From a virus (Duplodnaviria > Heunggongvirae > Uroviricota > Caudoviricetes), in the IMG/VR virus record IMGVR_UViG_2724679236_000006, positions 1-5,330 of that record: 5,330 bases of DNA. The stretch is one strand, 5' to 3'. Every line of letters begins with the position of its first letter. The stretch's first letter is position 1. Under the pieces are notes generated by a model that was not told where the DNA came from, searched no databases, and saw nothing but the letters and a program-made list of their open reading frames with translations. The position numbers and the translations under genes are program-made. Positions 1 to 5,270 of this stretch are shown piece after piece.

Positions 1-7
1 TATCACC

Positions 8-307
8 TCAAATAAGTGGTTTGCTGCCTAATTTCATTTTCTGGCGACCAACACAAGTCACACCCATTTCACTGCGTGGCTTGCGGTAGTAAATACGGTT
101 CTGTTTACGCTCGACTTCTTCTGCCTTCTTGCAGCGAAGGCTTCCGAGTGATGCTGCTTTATCTGCTCTGACGCAACCAGAGAGCTTTAGCGCAATCTTT
201 CGCGCCAGTCGCTGTTCTTGCATTGCCTGTTCACGTTGAGCCTGTCTGCGTGCTCTGCGGCGATTTCTGGCGTTATCGTCAGCCAGATATGTAATGACTA
301 CTGTCAT
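8..307 (-). CDS. N: Antitermination protein N (lambda N family)
   Basis: 99-aa ORF with Arg-rich motif NARNRRRARRQAQREQ near the N-terminus and a C-terminus (YYRKPRSEMGVTCVGRQKMKLGSKPLI) closely resembling my recollection of lambda N (recalled, not searched). SD GGAGG sits 5 nt upstream of the ATG at 305-307. Lies directly downstream of the nutL-like site and pL-like promoter on the same strand. Confidence 0.85.
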   Translation of the reverse strand: MTVVITYLADDNARNRRRARRQAQREQAMQEQRLARKIALKLSGCVRADKAASLGSLRCKKAEEVERKQNRIYYRKPRSEMGVTCVGRQKMKLGSKPLI

Positions 308-413
308 GTTGACCTCCGATGATTGACTTTGGCGGTGACGCGCCGGGTGCTTATCTTCCGGTTGCCGTCGTGCAGCTGCACTTCACGTCACCCCAAAGCC
401 AACTACTCTTTGG

Positions 414-456
414 TTCCCGCATTTCGGCGGGACAATCCCATCAATGTTAAAGAGCT
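414..456 (-). promoter_or_regulatory. nutL-like N-utilisation site (boxA + boxB hairpin)
   Basis: On the minus strand, boxA-like AGCTCTTTAACA (plus 445-456) is followed 12 nt later by TCCCGCCGAAATGCGGGAA (plus 414-432), a 6-7 bp stem with a GAAA-containing loop. The same 19-mer recurs on the plus strand after cro (2110-2128). Position between pL and N matches lambda nutL. Confidence 0.7.
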
Positions 457-501
457 TGCCAATCTGTTCCGTTTGGCTACCAGCGTCCTGCTGATGGCTA
501 A

Positions 502-530
502 AGAATACTGTAGGTATTTTATTGTGTAAA
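502..530 (-). promoter_or_regulatory. pL-like promoter (-35 TTTACA, -10 TATTCT, 17-bp spacer)
   Basis: Minus-strand hexamers TTTACA (plus 525-530) and TATTCT (plus 502-507) with a 17-bp spacer. The -10 overlaps the edge of OL1 exactly as the pR -10 overlaps OR1, and carries the same hexamer. Predicted TSS near 495, about 40 nt upstream of nutL boxA. Confidence 0.5.
503..519. promoter_or_regulatory. Operator OL1 (17 bp, GAATAC-N5-GTATTT)
   Basis: GAATACTGTAGGTATTT, an imperfect palindrome with the same half-sites and 5-bp central spacer as OR1. Confidence 0.55.
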
Positions 531-544
531 TATCCAAGGTATTT
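528..544. promoter_or_regulatory. Operator OL2 (17 bp)
   Basis: AAATATCCAAGGTATTT; half-sites ATAT/GTAT with a 5-bp spacer, centred 25 bp from OL1. Confidence 0.45.
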
Positions 545-572
545 ATTTTTGGTGAAATAATGATAAGTAAAT

Positions 573-589
573 GAATACAAAGGATATTT
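573..589. promoter_or_regulatory. Operator OL3 candidate (17 bp)
   Basis: GAATACAAAGGATATTT; half-sites ATAC/ATAT with a 5-bp spacer, centred 45 bp from OL2. A weaker intermediate candidate lies at about 555-571 (ATAA-N5-AGTA). Confidence 0.4.
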
Positions 590-673
590 ATTTTTCGGTG
601 TCTGCTTGTTCAGTGCTTTTTATGTGGGATATGTGAAGTGGATCCCGATAGCTATTGCTGCCGGGATTATGGG

Positions 674-1042
674 TTAGTCAGCGAAGGTTAAGACGAGAAT
701 TACCTTAATGATGTCTGCTACAATAGACACGGCCATAGATAAACCAAAGACGATCCAAGCCATAGAGATGTCTTCACTACCATCGTATAGAGTTCCGTAA
801 TCACTGGTGTAAGGCGTAAATGTCGCGCCTTGATACAACAGGTATAAGCTTGATCCATAGAGGATAAATGCAGATATCCCTTGTATTGCTATGATCACTA
901 GAATCATGAAACGAGCTGATCTATGCGCCCAAGCCTGGCTTATTTTTTCTGATAGAGATTTCGCAATAAAAGCATGCGCTAAGCCGTAAATTGTCGAGAT
1001 TGCCAACATCCCAAAAAAGCTTGCTATAGCGGTTCCAACCAT
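674..1042 (-). CDS. Small membrane protein with three hydrophobic helices, unknown function; co-transcribed downstream of cI in the rex-locus position
   Basis: ORF 674..1063 on the same strand as cI. Preferred start is the ATG at 1040-1042 (SD-like AAGGGG 5 nt upstream), 18 nt after the cI stop. The alternative TTG at 1061-1063 overlaps the cI TGA (1060-1062). Three long hydrophobic segments (VGTAIASFFGMLAISTIYGLAHAFIA, FMILVIIAIQGISAFILYGSSLYLLY, ISMAWIVFGLSMAVSIVADIIKVILVLTF) flank an acidic/aromatic loop (TPYTSDYGTLYDGSEDIS). GC content looks lower than the replication genes. No family recognised by eye. Confidence 0.7.
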   Translation of the reverse strand: MVGTAIASFFGMLAISTIYGLAHAFIAKSLSEKISQAWAHRSARFMILVIIAIQGISAFILYGSSLYLLYQGATFTPYTSDYGTLYDGSEDISMAWIVFGLSMAVSIVADIIKVILVLTFAD

Positions 1043-1059
1043 AAGCGCCCCTTGCGTGA

Positions 1060-1776
1060 TCAAACCAGCCTTAGTTTTGTCTCAATTGCAACGCCTATAA
1101 TCTTGCAGTTTCCATTGATTGGCACGAGAGGCCATGCAGGGTTAAGTCCCTTGAGGTATTTATTTCCGCCGTCGATTATCAGCTTCTTGAATGTTGCTTC
1201 GTTAGAGTCAGAAAGTTTTGCTATGACCAAGCTGCCGTTGATCGCCTCCCTTCCGGTATCGAAAAGAACGAATGTTCCCTCTGGAATGCTTAACCCAACC
1301 GGTGCCGTCATTGAATCACCTTCCACTTTAAGCCAGAACGCATTACCTTGAATATGCGCGTCAGACTCAAGCCAAACATCTATGTCTTTAATGGTGTATG
1401 GTTCGCATGCTTCACACCACGAGCCAGCCTGGATACTGCTTAACACCGGATACCTCTTTCCTGCTCTGTATTCCCCTGCATACCTTACGTTGGCATCGCT
1501 CTTAAGGCTTTCTGCCTGTTCTGCAACCTTGGCAGCAATTGACTGGCTAAAATCAGCAATTGAGACTTGCAACAATCGTGCAAAACCAGATGCAACCTCA
1601 ACGTTTAGCGCGTTTCTGCCATTAAGATAATGCCCTACCGCTCCTTGGGTGATACCCAGTTCATCAGCGATTGAGTATTGGGTTATTCCCAATTCTTTCT
1701 TTTTTGACTCATACAAAGCCTTAAGCCGCTTAGCGTCTTCGAGCTGTTCTGTCGTCAGTGATTTTTTATTTTCCAT
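1060..1776 (-). CDS. cI: CI-type phage repressor (N-terminal HTH + C-terminal S24 LexA-like autopeptidase domain)
   Basis: 238 aa. N-terminus MENKKSLTTEQLEDAKRLKALYESKKKELGITQ parallels lambda CI. HTH segment QYSIADELGITQGAVGHYLNG. Ala-Gly candidate cleavage sites (RYAGEY / RAGKRY) in the linker. S24 catalytic motifs GDSM (Ser) and FKKL (Lys). Diverges from cro across an operator region. Confidence 0.93.
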   Translation of the reverse strand: MENKKSLTTEQLEDAKRLKALYESKKKELGITQYSIADELGITQGAVGHYLNGRNALNVEVASGFARLLQVSIADFSQSIAAKVAEQAESLKSDANVRYAGEYRAGKRYPVLSSIQAGSWCEACEPYTIKDIDVWLESDAHIQGNAFWLKVEGDSMTAPVGLSIPEGTFVLFDTGREAINGSLVIAKLSDSNEATFKKLIIDGGNKYLKGLNPAWPLVPINGNCKIIGVAIETKLRLV

Positions 1777-1788
1777 AGCTTAATTCTA
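1777..1788 (-). promoter_or_regulatory. pRM-like -10 (TAGAAT) giving a leaderless or near-leaderless cI transcript
   Basis: Minus-strand TAGAAT (plus 1783-1788) ends 6 nt before the cI ATG (plus 1774-1776), with no SD between them. Matches the lambda arrangement where pRM mRNA begins at the cI AUG. The -10 abuts OR3. Confidence 0.4.
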
Positions 1789-1803
1789 ATAGCTAAGGTA
1801 CTT
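1787..1803. promoter_or_regulatory. Operator OR3 candidate (17 bp, degenerate half-sites ATAG/GTAC)
   Basis: TAATAGCTAAGGTACTT; same 4+5+4 architecture, centred 24 bp from OR2; weaker match to consensus, as expected for an OR3. Confidence 0.4.
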
Positions 1804-1810
1804 AAAATAA

Positions 1811-1827
1811 AAATACCTTGAGTATTG
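1811..1827. promoter_or_regulatory. Operator OR2 (17 bp)
   Basis: AAATACCTTGAGTATTG; half-sites ATAC/GTAT with a 5-bp spacer; overlaps the pR -35. Confidence 0.5.
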
Positions 1828-1853
1828 ATTGTTTTGAATACCTGTAGTATTCT
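1825..1853 (+). promoter_or_regulatory. pR-like promoter (-35 TTGATT, -10 TATTCT, 17-bp spacer)
   Basis: TTGATT (1825-1830) and TATTCT (1848-1853). Predicted TSS near 1860, giving a leader of about 22 nt to the cro ATG. Operator overlap mirrors lambda pR/OR1/OR2. Confidence 0.5.
1836..1852. promoter_or_regulatory. Operator OR1 (17 bp, GAATAC-N5-GTATTC)
   Basis: GAATACCTGTAGTATTC, symmetric at 6 of 8 paired positions; centred 25 bp from OR2; overlaps the pR -10. Confidence 0.6.
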
Positions 1854-1882
1854 TTGTTCATGGTTAATAACGGAGAGTGCAT

Positions 1883-2077
1883 ATGATTCGAATGACACTT
1901 GCCGATTACGCCAAAATCCATGGACAGGCTAAAGCAGCCAGTGACTTTGGTGTAATCCAGTGCGCTATCAGCAAGGCCATTCTGGCAGGCCGTAACATCA
2001 TGGTTACGGTAAAGCCTGATGGCAGTGTGATTGGAGAGGAAGTTCGTCCTTTCCCAAGCAACAAGAAAAACAAATAG
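1883..2077 (+). CDS. cro: Cro-type repressor
   Basis: Translation [62 protein letters not shown] parallels lambda Cro along its whole length (recalled, not searched). SD GGAGAG at 1867-1872. ATG 1883 is preferred over 1877 on SD spacing. Confidence 0.9.
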   Translation: MIRMTLADYAKIHGQAKAASDFGVIQCAISKAILAGRNIMVTVKPDGSVIGEEVRPFPSNKKNK

Positions 2078-2083
2078 TAACAC

Positions 2084-2128
2084 CGCTCTTTAACAGTCAT
2101 GGTCCTCATTCCCGCCGAAATGCGGGAA
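2084..2128 (+). promoter_or_regulatory. nutR-like site (boxA CGCTCTTTAACA + boxB hairpin)
   Basis: boxA CGCTCTTTAACA at 2084-2095, starting 7 nt after the cro stop. boxB TCCCGCCGAAATGCGGGAA at 2110-2128 is identical to the nutL boxB. Confidence 0.75.
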
Positions 2129-2185
2129 TACAACGCGCATACGTTGATGCGCATAACTTCTTATTTGTTAAGGAAATACTTACAT

Positions 2186-2464
2186 ATGGAACTTACAAGT
2201 ACTCGCAAGAAAGCGAATGCAATTACAAGCAACATCCTGAATCGAATTGCTGTACGTGGTCAGCGAAAGGTTGCCGACGCGTTAGGGATTAATGAATCAC
2301 AAATTTCGCGATGGAAAGACAGCTTCATCCCCAAAATGGGAATGCTTCTGGCTGTTCTTGAATGGGGTGTTGAAGACGAGGAGTTGGCGGAACTGGCTAA
2401 GAAAGTAGCCAGAATGCTGACAAAAGAAAAAGCCCCGAAGAACGGCGAATTCTTCGAGGCTTGA
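2186..2464 (+). CDS. cII: CII-type transcriptional activator
   Basis: 92 aa from the ATG at 2186. ILNRIAVRGQRKVADALGINESQISRWKDSFIPKMGMLLAVLEWGVEDEE aligns with lambda CII (recalled). The ORF-track start at 2099 would overlap nutR and is rejected. SD AAGGA lies upstream. Confidence 0.88.
   Translation: MELTSTRKKANAITSNILNRIAVRGQRKVADALGINESQISRWKDSFIPKMGMLLAVLEWGVEDEELAELAKKVARMLTKEKAPKNGEFFEA
2219..2232 (-). promoter_or_regulatory. pRE-like CII-binding site (TTGC-N6-TTGC) inside the cII 5' end
   Basis: Plus GCAATTACAAGCAA is minus TTGCTTGTAATTGC, a direct TTGC repeat with 6-bp spacing, as at lambda pRE. It sits in codons 12-16 of cII, oriented to drive leftward transcription through cro into cI. 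Confidence 0.5.
2421..2459 (-). terminator. Intrinsic terminator on the minus strand (oop-RNA-like antisense terminator overlapping the cII 3' end)
   Basis: Minus-strand RNA CCUCGAAGAA-UUCGCCG-UUCUUCGGGG folds into a 10-bp stem (one G-U pair) with a 7-nt loop, followed by CUUUUUCUUUUG. No U-tract follows the hairpin on the plus strand, so it is unidirectional. Confidence 0.5.
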
Positions 2465-2498
2465 TGTAGAAAGACTGGATCAATCTACAGGAGTAATT

Positions 2499-2660
2499 AT
2501 GACAAAACGTCGTAAGAAATACCAGGAAAAAGAAGAGATTCGACACCCTGATTTACCTGAGGGATTAGTGGTAGCCGCAGCAAATAACAGGGCGTTCGCA
2601 GAGCGCCTTGTTGGTGTTTACAGACTAGCCAAAGCAGGAGTGAAACATGGGTGTCGTTAA
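2499..2660 (+). CDS. Small basic hypothetical protein (53 aa) between cII and O
   Basis: ORF below the track's length cut-off: [60 protein letters not shown] at 2489-2493, 5 nt before the ATG at 2499. Stop at 2658-2660 overlaps the O start by 14 nt. Confidence 0.35.
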   Translation: MTKRRKKYQEKEEIRHPDLPEGLVVAAANNRAFAERLVGVYRLAKAGVKHGCR

Positions 2661-3477
2661 GTTAGCTGATTACAGGCCTCAACTGGAGGTCGTGGAGCAT
2701 CGCGTGGCAGAACTCGAAGATGGCTACACTCGGACTGCAAACACACTGTTAGAAGCCGCCATGCTTTCTGGGCTTACTCTACATCAGTTACTGATTGTTA
2801 TGGCTGTGTGGCGCAAGACATACGGTTACAACAAAAAAATAGATTGGATCGGAAACGAACAGTTCGCTGAACTCACTGGCATGGCACCAACCAAATGTTC
2901 TACCGCCAAAAACGAGCTTATCAGAATGGGAGTTCTCATTCAGGTGGGGCGTCAAGTTGGTATGAATACAAACATTTCCGAGTGGAAAACGAAAGTTAAC
3001 GGATTTGGTAAAACATTTACCAATTCGGTAAAACAAACCTTCACTAAATCGGTAAAAAGCAATTTACCGAATCAGTCAAACACAAAAGACAATATACAAA
3101 AGACAATAAATACAAATACCCCCTTACCCCCTAACGGGGGCGGCGATGGGCAGGTTAAACCTGAACGTCGCAAGGCAGAACGCATCGACTACGAATCCTT
3201 CCTGAACGCCTACAACACCGAAGTCGGTGACAGACTGCCACACGCTGTTGCGGTCAACGAGAAACGCAAACGCCGCCTGAAGAAAATCATCCCGCAACTG
3301 AAAACGCCAAACGTGGACGGTTTCAGAGCGTATGTCAGGGCGTTTGTGCATCAGGCCAAGCCGTTTTACTTCGGAGACAACGACACGGGCTGGACGGCAG
3401 ATTTTGATTACCTGCTGAGGGAAGATTCGTTAACGGGAGTACGGGAAGGGAAGTTTGCAGACAGGGGAATTGCATGA
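2647..3477 (+). CDS. O: Replication initiator, lambda O family (ori-binding)
   Basis: 276 aa. [18 protein letters not shown]...[16 protein letters not shown]...[18 protein letters not shown]...NTNISEW parallels the lambda O N-terminal domain (recalled). Iteron and AT-rich ori sequence embedded mid-gene. In-frame stop immediately upstream of the ATG; SD AGGAG at 2633-2637. Stop overlaps the helicase start (ATGA at 3474-3477). Confidence 0.9.
   Translation: MGVVKLADYRPQLEVVEHRVAELEDGYTRTANTLLEAAMLSGLTLHQLLIVMAVWRKTYGYNKKIDWIGNEQFAELTGMAPTKCSTAKNELIRMGVLIQVGRQVGMNTNISEWKTKVNGFGKTFTNSVKQTFTKSVKSNLPNQSNTKDNIQKTINTNTPLPPNGGGDGQVKPERRKAERIDYESFLNAYNTEVGDRLPHAVAVNEKRKRRLKKIIPQLKTPNVDGFRAYVRAFVHQAKPFYFGDNDTGWTADFDYLLREDSLTGVREGKFADRGIA
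3005..3120. repeat. Origin-like iterons plus AT-rich tract inside the O gene
   Basis: Three copies of GGTAAAA (3007, 3027, 3051). Two sit in near-palindromic iterons: TTGGTAAAACATTTACCAA (3005-3023) and TCGGTAAAAAGCAATTTACCGA (3049-3070). Followed by an A-rich tract at 3073-3117. They encode a low-complexity linker ([16 protein letters not shown]...), as in lambda. Confidence 0.6.
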
Positions 3478-4850
3478 AACAGGATATCGAAGCGAGCGTT
3501 ATCGGTGGCCTGCTGATTGGTGGATTAACACCAGCCGCCAGTGACGTTCTGGCAACGCTTGAGCCGGAAGCGTTTTCAATTCCGCTCTACCGGAAAGCCT
3601 TCGAGGTTATCCGCAAGCAGGCGAGAAACAGAAACCTAATCGACGCACTGATGGTTGCTGAGGAATGCGGAGAGGAGCATTTCACGTCAATCCTGATGAC
3701 CAGCAAAAACTGCCCGAGCGCCGCAAACCTGAAGGGATATGCCGGAATGGTCGCGGATAACTATCACCGCCGTCTGGTGCTGGAAATCATGGATGAAATG
3801 CGTGAACCAATTCAGAGCGGAACCATCGACGCATCGAGTCAGGCGATGGATGAACTTGTAAAGCGTCTTTCAGCCATCAGAAAGCCCCGTGACGAGGTTA
3901 AACCTGTACGGTTAGGGGAAATCATCACTGACTACACTGACACGCTTGACAGGCGTCTGAGGAACGGAGAAGAGTCAGATGCCCTGAAGACCGGAATCGA
4001 AGAACTTGATGCCATCACCGGAGGGATGAACGCAGAAGACCTGGTTATTATCGCCGCTCGTCCTGGTATGGGGAAAACCGAACTGGCGCTGAAGATTGCC
4101 GAAGGCGTTGCAAGCCGCGTTATCCCTGGTTCTGACGTTCAGCGCGGAGTGTTGATTTTCTCGATGGAAATGAGCGCATTGCAGATTGCAGAGCGAAGCA
4201 TCGCCAACGCCGGGAGGATGTCGGTTAGCGTGCTGCGAAATCCTGCATCGATGGATGACGAAGGCTGGGCGCGCGTTGCTAACAGCATGAGTCAGCTTGC
4301 AGATTTGGATGTATGGGTAGTCGATGCCTCGCGGTTATCGGTTGAAGAAATTCGCTCAATTGCAGAGCGGCACAAACAGGAAAATCCAAACCTGTCACTA
4401 ATCATGGTGGATTATCTTGGACTGATTGAGAAGCCGAAAGCAGACCGCAACGACCTCGCAATTGCTCACATCTCAGGAAGCCTGAAGGCGATGGCGAAAG
4501 ACCTGAAAACGCCTGTTATCTCCCTGAGTCAGCTTTCACGCGATGTTGAGAAGCGACCAAACAAACGCCCGACAAACGCAGATTTGCGTGATTCAGGAAG
4601 CATTGAACAGGACGCAGACTCAATCATCATGCTCTATCGGGAAGCGGTATATGACGAGAACAGTAGCGCCGCGCCATTTGCTGAAATCATCGTGACGAAA
4701 AACCGTTTTGGCTCACTTGGTACGGTTTACCAGCTGTTCTGCAACGGACACTTTGTTGCATGTGACCAGGATGAAGCCAGACAGATTTGCACAGCATCAA
4801 ATGCACCTGCTGCGCGTGGCAGACGATATGCACAAGGGGCTGACGTATGA
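3474..4850 (+). CDS. Replicative DNA helicase, DnaB family
   Basis: 458 aa. Walker [10 protein letters not shown], Walker B-like LIMVDYLGL, and [33 protein letters not shown] typical of DnaB C-terminal motifs. Translationally coupled to O. This is a P22 gene-12-type arrangement rather than a lambda P helicase loader. Confidence 0.9.
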   Translation: MKQDIEASVIGGLLIGGLTPAASDVLATLEPEAFSIPLYRKAFEVIRKQARNRNLIDALMVAEECGEEHFTSILMTSKNCPSAANLKGYAGMVADNYHRRLVLEIMDEMREPIQSGTIDASSQAMDELVKRLSAIRKPRDEVKPVRLGEIITDYTDTLDRRLRNGEESDALKTGIEELDAITGGMNAEDLVIIAARPGMGKTELALKIAEGVASRVIPGSDVQRGVLIFSMEMSALQIAERSIANAGRMSVSVLRNPASMDDEGWARVANSMSQLADLDVWVVDASRLSVEEIRSIAERHKQENPNLSLIMVDYLGLIEKPKADRNDLAIAHISGSLKAMAKDLKTPVISLSQLSRDVEKRPNKRPTNADLRDSGSIEQDADSIIMLYREAVYDENSSAAPFAEIIVTKNRFGSLGTVYQLFCNGHFVACDQDEARQICTASNAPAARGRRYAQGADV

Positions 4851-4875
4851 CAATCTACATCACTGAGCTAATAAC

Positions 4876-4906
4876 AGGCCTGCTGGTAATCGCAGGCCTT
4901 TTTATT
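4876..4906 (+). terminator. Rho-independent terminator (tR2-like) after the helicase gene
   Basis: AGGCCTGC-TGGTAATC-GCAGGCCT (8-bp perfect stem, 8-nt loop) followed by TTTTTATT, 26 nt after the helicase stop. Confidence 0.7.
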
Positions 4907-4921
4907 GGGGGAGAGTAAATC

Positions 4922-5248
4922 GTGGCTGACTGGCAAATACCAATCATCATTCTTGCCGGAGCTTCGCTGGTTGCTGGCTTTATCCTGCTGAAAAAGCATA
5001 AAGACCGTGATCAAAAAGTCGAAGTTCTCTATGGGTATCCAGCGAACAGCACAACATGGCTGACCATTTACCACTACCGAAAATCAGGACGCTGGGTATT
5101 CGAATGGGATGATCTGTTCGCTGACAGGCGACCGAAGTCATTGGGAGACATCAGCGAATGCATGATGTTTGAAGAAAGAAAATCCGGCGCAACTCGAGAA
5201 GAGTTTAACGAAGCGTGGAGGCGATTAAGTGAGAGAGGGTATCAATGA
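4922..5248 (+). CDS. Hypothetical protein with N-terminal transmembrane anchor (108 aa)
   Basis: GTG start at 4922 with SD GGGGGAGAG at 4906-4914. N-terminal hydrophobic helix IPIIILAGASLVAGFILL followed by a KKHKDRDQK stop-transfer-like stretch, then a charged and aromatic soluble domain. No family recognised. Confidence 0.55.
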   Translation: MADWQIPIIILAGASLVAGFILLKKHKDRDQKVEVLYGYPANSTTWLTIYHYRKSGRWVFEWDDLFADRRPKSLGDISECMMFEERKSGATREEFNEAWRRLSERGYQ

Positions 5249-5270
5249 GCAGAATTAAGTCGAGGTAACG

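Noticed and set aside
1-7. Window begins TATCACC, resembling a lambda operator half-site
   Set aside because: Isolated 7-mer at the window edge with no dyad partner. The operators in this phage use a different consensus, so this is treated as coincidence.
323-580. ORFs 323..529 (+, 68 aa) and 383..580 (-, 65 aa)
   Set aside because: They overlap the nutL/pL/oL regulatory region, have no convincing SD, and give low-complexity translations. Most likely non-coding.
641-666. Inverted repeat ATCCCG-N14-CGGGAT downstream of the membrane gene as a terminator for the cI operon
   Set aside because: 14-nt loop and no U-tract on the minus strand, so not a convincing intrinsic terminator.
1052-1630. 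ORFs 1052..1351 (+) and 1382..1630 (+) antisense to cI
   Set aside because: Entirely inside and antisense to the well-supported cI gene, with no start signals. Shadow ORFs.
1802-2154. ORFs 1802..2083 (-) and 1906..2154 (-) antisense to cro and nutR
   Set aside because: Antisense to cro and overlapping the operators and nutR. The minus-strand transcription expected here (pRE) is regulatory read-through to cI, not a coding region.
2099-2185. N-terminal extension of the cII ORF (track start at 2099)
   Set aside because: It would translate through nutR boxB. Alignment with lambda CII and the SD support the ATG at 2186.
2788-3351. ORFs 2788..3036 (-) and 3124..3351 (-) antisense to O
   Set aside because: Inside and antisense to the O-like gene; shadow ORFs.
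4868-5074. ORF 4868..5074 (-), 68 aa
   Set aside because: Antisense to the better-supported 4922..5248 gene and running into the terminator hairpin; no SD.
5245-5268. Seven-codon ORF (MSRIKSR) overlapping the stop of the 108-aa gene
   Set aside because: Too short to call. The ATG at 5271 with its SD is the more plausible next gene start.
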